A DNA stretch of 64,000 bases from an uncultured Candidatus Saccharibacteria bacterium. GTDB taxonomy: Bacteria > Patescibacteriota > 4484-211 > JAGQKX01. The stretch's first letter is position 1. The number at the start of each line of letters is the position of its first letter. Shown here in pieces: positions 12,528 through 22,814 of the stretch. Location: positions 9,042-73,041 of the forward strand of contig CAYMOT010000001.1 in NCBI GenBank assembly GCA_964392315.1, written 5' to 3'. The notes beneath the pieces are model-generated. The model did not search any database. It saw only the letters and a program-made list of their open reading frames with translations, and was not told where the DNA came from. The position numbers were made by a program, and so were the translations under genes.

Positions 12528-13082
12528 TTAAGAGGATAGCGCGGCAATCTTTGATTTCTTGATCTCTTCTATTTGTTCATTCGCCTTATCGATGAGTTCC
12601 TGAATGTACTCTTTCGCATCTTCGTGCTCATCCTCCGATATTTTCTTCTCCTCCTTCAAATCATCAATTGACTTAATCTTTTCCTGACGAATTTGTCTGA
12701 CGTTGATTCGCGCTTCTTCGGTAAGCTCCCCAACTTCCTTAATCATTGCCTCGCGGCGTTCGTCAGTAAGTTGCGGAATTGGCACTTTAATGGTCTTACC
12801 ATCTACCACCGGATTTACTCCAAGGTTGGATTGTTGCAATGCCTTTGCAATGGTTTCTACAATCGTGTCGTCCCAGCAGCTCACCACAAGAAGATTTGGC
12901 TGCGGAGCAGAAATAGCTCCCAGCTCTTTAAGCGTCATTTGAGTTCCATATGCCTCTACGGTTAAGTCTTGGATAAGTGATGGGGCTGCCTGGCCTGCAC
13001 GAATTGTCGCCAGATTCTGCTGGAGAGATTTGGTTACGTGGTCTAACTTTGATTCAGCATTATCAAAAATAGTCTGCAGCAT
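12528..13082 (-). CDS. frr: ribosome recycling factor
   Basis: 184 aa. MLQTIFDNAESKLDHVTKSLQQNLATIRAGQAAPSLI... is the typical RRF N-terminus. Confidence 0.9.
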   Translation of the reverse strand: MLQTIFDNAESKLDHVTKSLQQNLATIRAGQAAPSLIQDLTVEAYGTQMTLKELGAISAPQPNLLVVSCWDDTIVETIAKALQQSNLGVNPVVDGKTIKVPIPQLTDERREAMIKEVGELTEEARINVRQIRQEKIKSIDDLKEEKKISEDEHEDAKEYIQELIDKANEQIEEIKKSKIAALSS

Positions 13083-13097
13083 CTTTCAATACAATTA

Positions 13098-13586
13098 TTA
13101 ATCCTCGGTTTCTGTTTCGTCAATTATTTCCCCTAGTTCATATCGTACAAATCGTCTCAACGTAATATTCTCGCCAATCTTTCCAATGACACTACCTATC
13201 AAATCTTTTATGGTTTGTTTTGCATCACGGATGTACGGCTGTTCTAAGAGTTCGTCCACATCCTTTGGCGCCATAGCCGCGATTTGCATGCCGATCTCTT
13301 TTGCAAGAAAACCAAACTCGTCTGTCTTTGCAACAAAGTCAGTTTCGCAGTTTAGCTCTAAAAGAACCCCAACCTTATGATTTCCATGGATATACGCGTA
13401 TACAAAACCTGCCTTTGCTTCACGATCACTCTTCTTCTCGGCTTTTGCAAGACCTTTTTGAAGAATAATCTCTTTCGCTTTTTGTACGTCGCCATTTGCC
13501 TCTTCCAACGCACGACGGACATCCATGACACCGGCTTTTGTTTCTTCTCGGATTTGTTTAATTACTTCTAAATCGTATTGGGCCAT
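13098..13586 (-). CDS. tsf: translation elongation factor Ts (short form)
   Basis: ...IKQIREETKAGVMDVRRALEEANGDVQKA... is the UBA-like N-terminus. ...LELNCETDFVAKTDEF... matches the EF-Ts core. Confidence 0.85.
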   Translation of the reverse strand: MAQYDLEVIKQIREETKAGVMDVRRALEEANGDVQKAKEIILQKGLAKAEKKSDREAKAGFVYAYIHGNHKVGVLLELNCETDFVAKTDEFGFLAKEIGMQIAAMAPKDVDELLEQPYIRDAKQTIKDLIGSVIGKIGENITLRRFVRYELGEIIDETETED

Positions 13587-13600
13587 AGGTATAAATAATA

Positions 13601-14356
13601 CTATTTACTCTTGGTAGTTGCCTTTTTGCGCTTTGGTTTTTCCACTCGCTCTCCATCTGTAGCGGTACCGGAATCTTTTCTCCCCCGCAGTATTGCGTCT
13701 ACAATATATTGCGTCACCGTCTCAATGCTTTTGATCGCATCATCATTTCCCGGAATCGGAAAATCGACCATACGCGGATCAACATTCGTGTCAACGAGCG
13801 CGATGACGGGAATGCCTACCTTACGCGCCTCTTCGAGTGCAGTCTGCTCACGCTTAATATCAATAACAAAGAGCGCACCGGGAACACTCGTAAGATTTTT
13901 CAATCCACCAACCAGCTTCTCTTGTTTATCTCGCTCTTTTCTCAACGCAAATTGATCACGCGTAGTCAGTTTCGCAAATTCTTTCTCATCGTTAATACGT
14001 GCATTGAGCTGATTGAGGTGATCCCATGTGGTTCGTACACTCTCAAAGTTCGTCAAAAGTCCACCAAGCCATCGTTGAGCGATATAGGGAATAGTGTGCT
14101 GGGTACCAAGCGTTGTAAGCACAACTGAAGCTTGCCGTTTTGTCCCGACCAAGAGAACTTCTTTGCCATTTGCCGCTATCTCTTCCACCACTCTTCCTGC
14201 CTCTTTCATCTTCTCAACAGTCACTGCTAAATCAATAACATGTACCCCGTCTCGCGCGGTGAAGATATATTCTTTCATCTTGGGATTCCACTTTCGGGTC
14301 AAGTGTCCAAAGTGCACCCCAGCTTGCAAAAGATCATTCATGGATATGTTTGACAT
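13601..14356 (-). CDS. rpsB: 30S ribosomal protein S2
   Basis: ...LLQAGVHFGHLTRKWNPKMKEYIF... and overall collinearity with uS2. Part of the conserved rpsB-tsf-frr cluster. Confidence 0.9.
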   Translation of the reverse strand: MSNISMNDLLQAGVHFGHLTRKWNPKMKEYIFTARDGVHVIDLAVTVEKMKEAGRVVEEIAANGKEVLLVGTKRQASVVLTTLGTQHTIPYIAQRWLGGLLTNFESVRTTWDHLNQLNARINDEKEFAKLTTRDQFALRKERDKQEKLVGGLKNLTSVPGALFVIDIKREQTALEEARKVGIPVIALVDTNVDPRMVDFPIPGNDDAIKSIETVTQYIVDAILRGRKDSGTATDGERVEKPKRKKATTKSK

Positions 14357-14445
14357 AAATCGCTGCTATTATAGCACAGGCGGATAATTCGCCAAGAAGT
14401 AGTTGTAGCAGAACAAGCGGTCGGGGATCAGCTTTGGTTTATAGC

Positions 14446-16644
14446 CTATTTACCCTTAGTTGACTTCTTACCTTCCCCAGGCTTGGTCCAACTGGAATAT
14501 TCACACGCCGGATATTGGGAGCAGCCATAGAATACTCTGCCGCGCTTAGTCTTTTTTTGGACTACTTCACCCTCGCCACAGTCAGGACATTTCATGCCAA
14601 TTTTATCCATATAGGGTTTGGTGAATTTGCATTTTGGATAGTTACTACACGCAATAAACGGACCAAAGCGACCCTGCTTGAAGACCAGCGCTCCCCCATC
14701 ATCAGGGCAAAGGCCTTCTAACTGTGTCTGGTCTATGTCACCATTTTCTGTACCGGTGTCTATGGGCGCTGCATACTCGCATTTTGGGTAGTCAGAGCAG
14801 CTGTAAAACTTACCGTATTTGCCGAGCTTAATAATGACTGGCTTACCACACACCGGGCATTTTTCGTTAGTTTTTTCTAGCACAACAACGTCTTCTTTTT
14901 TGATTTCTTTTTTCTTTTTATCCAAAAGCGTACTGAAAGGTCCGTAAAATTCTTTAACCACTGGCTTCCACTTTTTTTCCGCACGTGCAATCCGATCTAA
15001 GTCCTCTTCCATCTCTGCCGTAAAGTCTAAGTCAACAATCTCGGGAAAATGCTTTACCAAAAGATCATTTACAACAAACCCCGTATCTGCAGGCCGAAAC
15101 GCTTTATCTTCCTTCTCAACATATTTGCGCGACAAAATCGTAGCAATGATGTTGGCATAGGTCGACGGACGGCCGATACCGTATTTTTCCAGATCTTTGA
15201 TTAAACTCGCTTCGGTATACCGGGGAGGAGGTTGCGTTGTATGCTCGGTTAGTACAAGATCGATCTGATCTAAGTCATCTCCAACCTGCACCGGAGGCAA
15301 AATTGTTTCCTCAGCCGGCGTGCCTGCGACCTTCATCCAACCCGGAAAGGTAACCCTACTTCCCGTTGCGCGCCACACGACATATTTATCAGTAAGGGGC
15401 TTTTTCTCATCTGAATACACATCAACGCGCATCTGCTGTAGCACCGCGTCTGCCATTTGGCTGGCAACCGCCTTTTCCCAGATCAATCGATAAATCTTCT
15501 GTTGCTCGGGGGTAAGCTTTTTAAATTCAGGACTTTGCAAGGACTTTGTTACATCAGTCGGACGGATTGCTTCATGCGCTTCCTGCGCGGATTTGGACCC
15601 GCTTTTGTAATAACGCGATTCTACCGGAAGGTAATCTTTCCCATACGTCTTTGTGACAAATACACGTGCTTCTTTGATAAATGACTCTGATAATGCGACC
15701 GAGTCAGTACGATGATAGGTGATCAGTCCATTTTCATACAGTTTTTGTGCTACGGACATTACGCGCTTACTCGTAAACCCATACCGATTTACCGCGTTTC
15801 GCTGGAGTCTTGCAGTCGTCAACGGCGGCTGTGGAGACCGTTTCACGGTTTTGTCTTCAATATCTCCCACAATAAAGTGGTGCTTTTTAAAAGCGGAAAG
15901 CAATCGGTCCGCTTCCGGTTTATCGATGAAGATTGACGAAGTGACCGAATACGTTCCCGCAAACAGTTTCAACTTCTTTTGTTTTTCAACTGGCTGCTGG
16001 TTGTATTGCGTAAGCTGAGCGATAAATTGATTTGAACCACTCTTGAGGTGTGCCTGAAAATTAAAATATGGCGTACTGGAGAACTGTTCACGTTCACGTT
16101 CGCGTTCAACAATCAATCGTACCCCCACTGACTGCACACGTCCTGCGGATAGTCCATACCGAATCTTCTCCCACAAAAGCGGCGACAGTTTGTATCCAAC
16201 CAGCCGGTCAAGCACACGACGTGCCTGGTAGGCGTCCACCAAGTCATAATTTACGTCGTGTGGATGTTTAAATGCTTCTTCTATTGCATCTTTCGTTATT
16301 TCATGAAATACCACTCGCTGATATTTTTTGGTTTTTAGACCTTTTGTACCACTTAATGCCTCTTTAACATGCCAGCTGATGGCTTCTCCTTCACGATCCA
16401 AGTCGGTTGCTAAAACAATGATATCTGCATCTTTCGCTGCCTTTTTTAATTCGCTTATTACTTTCCCTTTGCCAGGAATTACCACATACTCGGGCTCAAA
16501 GTTATGCTCAACATCTACCCCGAGACCACTTTTTGGCAAATCAATAATATGCCCTTTTGAGCTAAGAACCTTGTAGTTTTTTCCTAAATATTTACTAATT
16601 GTTTTTACTTTCGTCGGCGACTCGACGATAACGAGAGATTGCAT
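14446..16644 (-). CDS. topA: DNA topoisomerase I
   Basis: MQSLVIVESPTKVKTISKYLG... is the TOPRIM N-terminus. ...LITYHRTDS... carries the catalytic Tyr region. The C-terminus has multiple CxxC...CxxC zinc ribbons. Confidence 0.9.
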   Translation of the reverse strand: MQSLVIVESPTKVKTISKYLGKNYKVLSSKGHIIDLPKSGLGVDVEHNFEPEYVVIPGKGKVISELKKAAKDADIIVLATDLDREGEAISWHVKEALSGTKGLKTKKYQRVVFHEITKDAIEEAFKHPHDVNYDLVDAYQARRVLDRLVGYKLSPLLWEKIRYGLSAGRVQSVGVRLIVEREREREQFSSTPYFNFQAHLKSGSNQFIAQLTQYNQQPVEKQKKLKLFAGTYSVTSSIFIDKPEADRLLSAFKKHHFIVGDIEDKTVKRSPQPPLTTARLQRNAVNRYGFTSKRVMSVAQKLYENGLITYHRTDSVALSESFIKEARVFVTKTYGKDYLPVESRYYKSGSKSAQEAHEAIRPTDVTKSLQSPEFKKLTPEQQKIYRLIWEKAVASQMADAVLQQMRVDVYSDEKKPLTDKYVVWRATGSRVTFPGWMKVAGTPAEETILPPVQVGDDLDQIDLVLTEHTTQPPPRYTEASLIKDLEKYGIGRPSTYANIIATILSRKYVEKEDKAFRPADTGFVVNDLLVKHFPEIVDLDFTAEMEEDLDRIARAEKKWKPVVKEFYGPFSTLLDKKKKEIKKEDVVVLEKTNEKCPVCGKPVIIKLGKYGKFYSCSDYPKCEYAAPIDTGTENGDIDQTQLEGLCPDDGGALVFKQGRFGPFIACSNYPKCKFTKPYMDKIGMKCPDCGEGEVVQKKTKRGRVFYGCSQYPACEYSSWTKPGEGKKSTKGK

Positions 16645-16745
16645 GCGTTAAAGATCAACCATTTGATATTTCTATAAATAATATTTGCTCCATTACTTTT
16701 ATACCCGCCATACTATCACGCTTTAGCAAACGTCCCTCAACCCTA

Positions 16746-17789
16746 TTACTGTATCACATACTGATTGCCACCAATATTTTTTATCAAATTCTCTAGTTCA
16801 AGTTGCATGATTGCGACCGTAACTTCATGCGTAGGTTGGCCTACTGCCACTACCAACTCATCAATATGTTGTTTACGCTGGGAAACAAGCGCAAGGATCT
16901 TTTGTTGTAACGGGTCCTTAATGGTTCGTAGCCTATCAGGGACCTCTGATTTAATAATACCTAGTTGTTCCAAGAGGTCATCAACTGACAACACAATCTC
17001 CGCTCCCTGTCGAATAAGCCAGTGGCAACCAGCACTCTTGTCCGAGTACACCTCACCTGGTACTACATACACATTTTTCCCTTGTTCGGCTGCGATACGT
17101 GCGGTAATGAGCGCACCGCTTTTTGCACCGGCCTCAATAACAATCACTGCCTCGGCCAAGGAAGCTACGATTCTATTTCTTTGCGGGAATGTGTATTTTG
17201 TCGCAAGTTGTTCTGGAAGAAATTCGGAGATAATTGCTCCACCAGCATCAACAACCCGTGGAATAAGCGTCTTATTTTCAGGAGGTACTGGATGCAGGCA
17301 CCCACTCCCCAATACAGCAATGGTCGGTCTGCCTTTCTTGACCGCCGCCCAATGGGCAGTCGTGTCTACCCCACGCATAAAACCAGATACGATTGTGCAA
17401 CCCGTTTCAACAAGTGCCTGGGATATATCCTCAGTAACAGACTTTCCATACGAAGTCATTGCACGAGTTCCCACTACTGCAATACATCGTTCAAATCCAT
17501 CACGTAACGCACCTTTCACAAAGAGCCACAAAGGAGGGTCAGGCAAGATTGCTAAGGCTTTCGGGTATTGTGGGTCCTCACAGGTTACTATGGTGTAACC
17601 ATCATCTGAGGCTTGTTGTAAGCATTCACGAATGCGTACAGTGACCTGCTTTCGGTCGGGTATGCGTGCAGAGTATTTTTCAATAACCGCCTGAATAGAT
17701 AACCCTGCAGCAAGTTCATTGCGTACAGTTCTCGGCCCAACGCCGGTTATATAGTGTGTTAGAAGGTAGTCGATGTCTCTCTCGGTCAT
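16746..17789 (-). CDS. dprA: DNA processing protein DprA (Smf)
   Basis: ...AVVGTRAMTSYGKSVTEDISQALVETGCTIVSGFMRGVDTTAHWAA... is the Rossmann-like DprA core. The conserved dprA-topA adjacency is present. Confidence 0.85.
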   Translation of the reverse strand: MTERDIDYLLTHYITGVGPRTVRNELAAGLSIQAVIEKYSARIPDRKQVTVRIRECLQQASDDGYTIVTCEDPQYPKALAILPDPPLWLFVKGALRDGFERCIAVVGTRAMTSYGKSVTEDISQALVETGCTIVSGFMRGVDTTAHWAAVKKGRPTIAVLGSGCLHPVPPENKTLIPRVVDAGGAIISEFLPEQLATKYTFPQRNRIVASLAEAVIVIEAGAKSGALITARIAAEQGKNVYVVPGEVYSDKSAGCHWLIRQGAEIVLSVDDLLEQLGIIKSEVPDRLRTIKDPLQQKILALVSQRKQHIDELVVAVGQPTHEVTVAIMQLELENLIKNIGGNQYVIQ

Positions 17790-17967
17790 TGAAATGATCT
17801 GATTGAGTTTTGGGCTCTAATTCAAAAACTATATCCCGCTCGTAGAGATTGAAAAAAAGTTCGTCATCAAATCGCACCAACAGATCATGATACGTTTCGG
17901 AAATCGACGTTGATGCCAGCACATTTTTTCTATCGCACTCGCATGCAAATAGTTTTGGAAATAGCCA

Positions 17968-19884
17968 TCACTCATTCTCGTGGCCTTTTTCTGTCACAAT
18001 CTTAACGATTTCTGCTGCTACTTCTGCAGCATATTGCGAACTCCCACCGTTCTCTAATAATACAACAAAACTATACTCCGGCTGTTCATACGGAAAGAAA
18101 CCTTCTACCCAGGCATGCGTTTTGAAAATCCCTTCTTCATCGCGTACGCCAAATTCTGCGGTCCCTGTTTTTGCTGCAACGGGAACCGGAGCATTTCGAA
18201 GTGGCACAACGATACCATTAGCAACTGCCTCGCGCATGCCACCTTTGATAGTCGCGACGTCTCTTGCATCAATCGCAATTTCTCGAATCACTTCAGGCAA
18301 GATCTCACCAATTTTAGTACCATTTGGATCATATATTCCATCTCCTAACTGTGGTTTGTAGAGGGTCCCACCATTCGCAATTGCACTAGTAGCGTTTACC
18401 ATCTGTATTGGTGTTACGAGTAAATCACCTTGCCCAATTCCCACTTGATAATCATCACCCAGGTACCAATTCTCGTTTTTATGCGCCAATTTCCAAGCAG
18501 GGCTTGGAACGACCCCATCAGATTCACCTGCTATATCGACACCAGTTTTTTGCCCTAATCCAAATGTACTAAAGTAATCCGCCATTCTTTTTATACCTAA
18601 ACCCTCTATTTGTTCGTATCCTCCGGCAATCTTGTAATAAAAAATGTTACTACTTTGGGCAATTGCTTCCGTTACGGTCATAGGTCCGTACGCGCCTCTT
18701 CCCCAACTGACTCGCCAATCTGCGAACTGCCCTCCTCCGACCTCAATCACCTGTGGCGTATCTGTAATAATGGTAGATGCGGTAATAATGCCTTCTTTTA
18801 GCGCCGCCGCACCTAGTATCGGCTTTACCAACGATCCAGGTGGATATTCACCTGCTATTGCACGATTGAATAAAGGTCGATCTGGATTTTCAAAAACGGC
18901 TGAGAATTCGTTTTCACTCAGGCCATGAGTAAAGATATTGTTATCGAAACTTGGCAATGTCGCCATTATCTTGATTTTGCCGGTGTGAACATCCTGCACA
19001 ATAACAGCACCAGAAGGAGCTTTATATTTTTCCAATGATTGCTGCAATACCCGGTGCACTTTTTCCTGCAATTCTGCTGATATGGAAAGAGAAATACTAT
19101 TACCTGGCACAGACTCCTCAATAATGCTAACATCAACTGCACTTCCATTTACTTCAGCAGGATGCTGGGTTTTCCCTGGCTTTCCCCTCATAACAAGCTG
19201 GTACGTTGCCTCTACTCCTGACCTACCCACCAACTCCCCTACTTCATACCCTGCATACTCTTTTTTCATTCGTTCTGTTGAGTTTATTTCTCCAAGATAT
19301 CCAAGAATATGCGCCATTATTTCGCTCTCTGAGTAATACCTCGTAAGTACTGGACGAACCTCTACACCTTCCAAGTCGCCATGTTGCGACTGAAACCTGA
19401 TAAACATTTCTTGCGAGAGGTCGGATGTAATAACGACTTCACGTTCGTTTTTATCTAAGGCTTGGGCTATTTGAGTATCGAGCTCGATTGGCTCTAACTC
19501 AAAAAGTGCCGCGATACGACTTTTCCAATCATCTGCACGCAGAACTTCTTTGGAAGTAGACGCAAGCAAAATTACCGCTTCATAGGTCGGGATATTGCGT
19601 GCTATCACTTTGCCGTCCGTATCAAATATAAGCCCACGCTCATAGGGAATAATTTTTTCCGCAGTTCTGTTTGTTTCGGCAAGTACTCGATATTGATTAC
19701 CTGCGATAAGCTGAAGCTGCGCAAGGCGCGCCGTTATGACAACAAATACCCCAAACAACACCAGTGCTACGAGAGCCAGTCGCAAGACAGGTGGCGGTGC
19801 AGTATCCTCATCGTCTTGCTCTACCAAGGCCGGCAACAAACCATCCTTCCATGTTATAGCGGCAACGGTATCTATACGCTTCAT
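17968..19884 (-). CDS. mrdA: penicillin-binding protein 2 (peptidoglycan D,D-transpeptidase of the elongasome)
   Basis: N-terminal TM, SLVK (SxxK) motif in ...YPPGSLVKP..., KTGTAE motif. Lies downstream of mreBCD. Confidence 0.8.
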   Translation of the reverse strand: MKRIDTVAAITWKDGLLPALVEQDDEDTAPPPVLRLALVALVLFGVFVVITARLAQLQLIAGNQYRVLAETNRTAEKIIPYERGLIFDTDGKVIARNIPTYEAVILLASTSKEVLRADDWKSRIAALFELEPIELDTQIAQALDKNEREVVITSDLSQEMFIRFQSQHGDLEGVEVRPVLTRYYSESEIMAHILGYLGEINSTERMKKEYAGYEVGELVGRSGVEATYQLVMRGKPGKTQHPAEVNGSAVDVSIIEESVPGNSISLSISAELQEKVHRVLQQSLEKYKAPSGAVIVQDVHTGKIKIMATLPSFDNNIFTHGLSENEFSAVFENPDRPLFNRAIAGEYPPGSLVKPILGAAALKEGIITASTIITDTPQVIEVGGGQFADWRVSWGRGAYGPMTVTEAIAQSSNIFYYKIAGGYEQIEGLGIKRMADYFSTFGLGQKTGVDIAGESDGVVPSPAWKLAHKNENWYLGDDYQVGIGQGDLLVTPIQMVNATSAIANGGTLYKPQLGDGIYDPNGTKIGEILPEVIREIAIDARDVATIKGGMREAVANGIVVPLRNAPVPVAAKTGTAEFGVRDEEGIFKTHAWVEGFFPYEQPEYSFVVLLENGGSSQYAAEVAAEIVKIVTEKGHENE

Positions 19885-20216
19885 ATAAGGAGATAGGACA
19901 ATACTATGACGCCTATCATGACAATCTTTTTCCGTTTCTCACTTTCCAGTCCTTGCGACGCAAGCTTTCCAAGTAGGATACTTATCAACAACACAATTCC
20001 TGTAGTCCCATATATCTCTGCTTTGACGGTATCAAGAATTATTCCTGTAGCAAAAAGCAGTACATACCCATACCAATTTGAGAAATGTTTCTCTAAAAGT
20101 ACAAAATATACCAAAACAAATGGAGGTAATGCCTGGAGCATCGGATTCGGCAATGCCATCCGCGCAAGGTCAAGTAACAATAGAGCAAAATATACAAGAA
20201 ACAAAAAAAATGTCAT
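19881..20216 (-). CDS. mreD: rod shape-determining protein MreD (putative)
   Basis: 111-aa polytopic hydrophobic protein between mreC and mrdA. Confidence 0.5.
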   Translation of the reverse strand: MTFFLFLVYFALLLLDLARMALPNPMLQALPPFVLVYFVLLEKHFSNWYGYVLLFATGIILDTVKAEIYGTTGIVLLISILLGKLASQGLESEKRKKIVMIGVIVLSYLLI

Positions 20217-20217
20217 A

Positions 20218-21012
20218 TTACGTAAGCGAAATTATCACGACCGTATCTATGTATTCTAACTCCCACAATGGTTGCAATAACGCTTCTTGAAACGCGTTCG
20301 ATTTAGTTGATGTTGTCTGTATCACCTTACCCACGAGAAGCCCTGCCGGATACTCACCATCCAAGCCAGAGGTGAAGACATATTCATCACTCCGGAGCGG
20401 CTCATCCCGAACAAACTGCGTTAATACAAGCCCTGAGTTGAATTCGCCACGTACTACTCCATTGACACGAGTTCCCGTACTATCTTGTACATAGGCAGGG
20501 ATAACACTTTCTGTTGCGATAATGGGTAAAACCACCGCTCTTTGTGCGGTAACCTCGATAACTTTCCCCACAAGCGATTGGCCAATCGTAACCGTATCCC
20601 CTATTTCTACAGAATTCTCCTGTCCCGCATCCAGAATAAGTCGAATGCCTTCTCGAGAACGATCAAAGGCCACGACGTGTGCAATGGTATTATTCCCTTC
20701 TTTACTGATAGGAGCGCCTAACTGCTGACGTAATATGGTATTTTCTTCTTGTAGGTGGCTGTTGCGGGAAACCTCATCACGAAGGCGAGCAATCTCACCT
20801 AGCAATTGATGATTTTGATTGTATACATCATCAAAGGTAGTTAAAAATGTTACTGTCCGCTGAGTAGAAGCGGCAAAATCCCGGACTGTATGTTGAAAAG
20901 GTAATAACGCTTTCTCCATCTGTGGACGGAAAAAATCAATCGTAAGCACGATGTCCGCAAATAACAACAGTACATGTATTCCAATTGCCACAAGCAGTGT
21001 CCTGATTTTCAT
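20218..21012 (-). CDS. mreC: rod shape-determining protein MreC
   Basis: N-terminal TM, coiled-coil, then beta-rich domains. Directly downstream of mreB. Confidence 0.7.
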   Translation of the reverse strand: MKIRTLLVAIGIHVLLLFADIVLTIDFFRPQMEKALLPFQHTVRDFAASTQRTVTFLTTFDDVYNQNHQLLGEIARLRDEVSRNSHLQEENTILRQQLGAPISKEGNNTIAHVVAFDRSREGIRLILDAGQENSVEIGDTVTIGQSLVGKVIEVTAQRAVVLPIIATESVIPAYVQDSTGTRVNGVVRGEFNSGLVLTQFVRDEPLRSDEYVFTSGLDGEYPAGLLVGKVIQTTSTKSNAFQEALLQPLWELEYIDTVVIISLT

Positions 21013-21027
21013 AGCATGTGGTGAGGC

Positions 21028-22122
21028 TTATTTGCCCCAACCGATTTGGAGTTTTTCCAAGAGATCTGGGTGTTCCAGAATATATGCCATACCATTAATA
21101 ACTGAAAGCTCCGGCCGTTCCGCAATGTATACCGGTATTTGAACTTTTTCTGCAAGATATGTATCAAACCCACGAAGTTTTGCCCCTCCTCCGGTTACTA
21201 TTAACCCATTTGAAACCATATCTGCCACAAGTTCCGGTGGGGTGTCTTCTATCAAATCCCGAACAATCTCAACAATCTGGTTTATTGTTGCCTCTAAGGC
21301 CTCTGTAATATCCTGTTCAGGCATTGCAATCTCTTTTGGCAAACCGGTTGAAAGATCCCTTCCTTTGACACTTACCGTACGCTCATCGGACACATCTTTT
21401 GACAGTGAGATTTGAAATTTGAGCTGCTCTGCAGTTTGCTTACCAATCATCAGATTATGTTTATCTCGAACACACTCAACAATTGCTTGATCCAAATCAG
21501 TTCCCGCAACAGGTACTGTCCGGCTCGATACGATTCCTTGCCACGACAGCACCGCAGCCTCTGTAACCCCACCGCCGATATCAAGAATCATACTCGCCCG
21601 CGCATCATCCACTGGAAGGCCTGCACCAATAGCCGCCGCCATTGGCTTTTCTACGAGGTATACGCTACGCACATCCGAAAACAAGCCTGCGTCTATAACA
21701 GCTTTTCTTTCAACCTCAGTCACTCCTGCAGGAACGCCAATAACCATTTTTGTCATAAACGAAAACGTAGCCCGCTTGGGATGTTTCTTAATCTGATTAA
21801 CAAAATACGTAATGAGGGCTTGCGTCATTTCGAAGTCTGAGATCACACCACGCTCCAGGGGTCGGATGATCTGTATATTTTGTGGCGCACGCCCAAGCAT
21901 CTGCTGCGCTTGAATCCCTACTGCAACAATCTTCCCTCCCCGTTTGAGTCGCGCGATGACAGTTGGCTCATTGATAACTATGCCACTTCCTTTAAGATAT
22001 ATTCGTGTATTGCTCGTCCCGAGATCCACTGCAATCTCAGTGAATACACCACCGAAAATCCGTGAAAACGCCGACACCGTAGACTTTTTTAATGCTTTAG
22101 GATGTAGCTTCATTGTTTGCAT
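21028..22122 (-). CDS. mreB: rod shape-determining protein MreB (actin homologue)
   Basis: ...IAVDLGTSNTRIYLKGSGIVINEPTVIA..., ...LDIGGGVTEAAVLS..., ...GIVTGGGAKLRG.... Confidence 0.9.
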   Translation of the reverse strand: MQTMKLHPKALKKSTVSAFSRIFGGVFTEIAVDLGTSNTRIYLKGSGIVINEPTVIARLKRGGKIVAVGIQAQQMLGRAPQNIQIIRPLERGVISDFEMTQALITYFVNQIKKHPKRATFSFMTKMVIGVPAGVTEVERKAVIDAGLFSDVRSVYLVEKPMAAAIGAGLPVDDARASMILDIGGGVTEAAVLSWQGIVSSRTVPVAGTDLDQAIVECVRDKHNLMIGKQTAEQLKFQISLSKDVSDERTVSVKGRDLSTGLPKEIAMPEQDITEALEATINQIVEIVRDLIEDTPPELVADMVSNGLIVTGGGAKLRGFDTYLAEKVQIPVYIAERPELSVINGMAYILEHPDLLEKLQIGWGK

Positions 22123-22173
22123 TATAAGGTACGAAGTGCGTTATGTCGTGCGTATATGGAAATCGCTTTGTGC

Positions 22174-22182
22174 TGGTATAAT
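22174..22182 (+). promoter_or_regulatory. candidate extended -10 promoter element (TGgTATAAT) for def-fmt
   Basis: ctggTATAATcg sits 64 nt upstream of the def ATG, in the divergent mreB/def intergenic region. Confidence 0.3.
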
Positions 22183-22245
22183 CGCAGGTAATAAGGTCTA
22201 TAAACGAATTAATCGAAGTCTAAGCGTAATTACCTATTTATTTCT

Positions 22246-22812
22246 ATGCCAATGAAAGAAATTCTTACCAGAAACGCGAGCACTCTACGAGAAATATCCT
22301 CGGAAGTTGATGCAATGGACCAAGAAACCGATCAACTAATTTCGGATCTCCTTGATACCTTGAAAAGCACAAACGAACTCGGTGTAGGCCTCTCTGCAAA
22401 CCAGATTGGGGTAACCCGACGAGTATTTGTTGCAAAAATTGCGGAAAACGAAGCTGCTCTGGCACAGGTGGAACCCACCATATTTATCAACCCCGTGATC
22501 ACCTGGCAATCAGAAGAGACAACCCTTTCTACTGATCCGGAACGGAACTTCCTCGAGGGATGCCTCAGCCTACCAAACATCTACGCTTTTGTAGAACGGC
22601 CCCTCCACGTAGAGATTACGTATCACACATTAGACACAATGAAAGAAGGACAGCCTGCAGTAACGAAACGTTTGAGTGATTACAATGCTGTCGTTGTGCA
22701 ACACGAGATTGACCACCTGAATGGTATTCTTTTCACTGACCACGCAATCCAGCAGGATCAGAAAATTTATGAAATTATCGATGGCAAAGATCCAAGAGTG
22801 ATTACATTCTGA
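22246..22812 (+). CDS. def: peptide deformylase
   Basis: Motifs ...GVGLSANQIG..., ...EGCLSLPNIY..., ...QHEIDHLNG.... Confidence 0.9.
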   Translation: MPMKEILTRNASTLREISSEVDAMDQETDQLISDLLDTLKSTNELGVGLSANQIGVTRRVFVAKIAENEAALAQVEPTIFINPVITWQSEETTLSTDPERNFLEGCLSLPNIYAFVERPLHVEITYHTLDTMKEGQPAVTKRLSDYNAVVVQHEIDHLNGILFTDHAIQQDQKIYEIIDGKDPRVITF

Positions 22813-22814
22813 CC

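Noticed and set aside
16765-17598. 277-aa plus-strand ORF overlapping dprA
   Set aside because: It is antisense to a well-supported DprA gene, and its translation is Ser/Thr/Cys-rich low complexity.
17716-17922. 68-aa minus-strand ORF between mrdA and dprA
   Set aside because: It overlaps the dprA start region and has no motif. It is more likely promoter or leader sequence.
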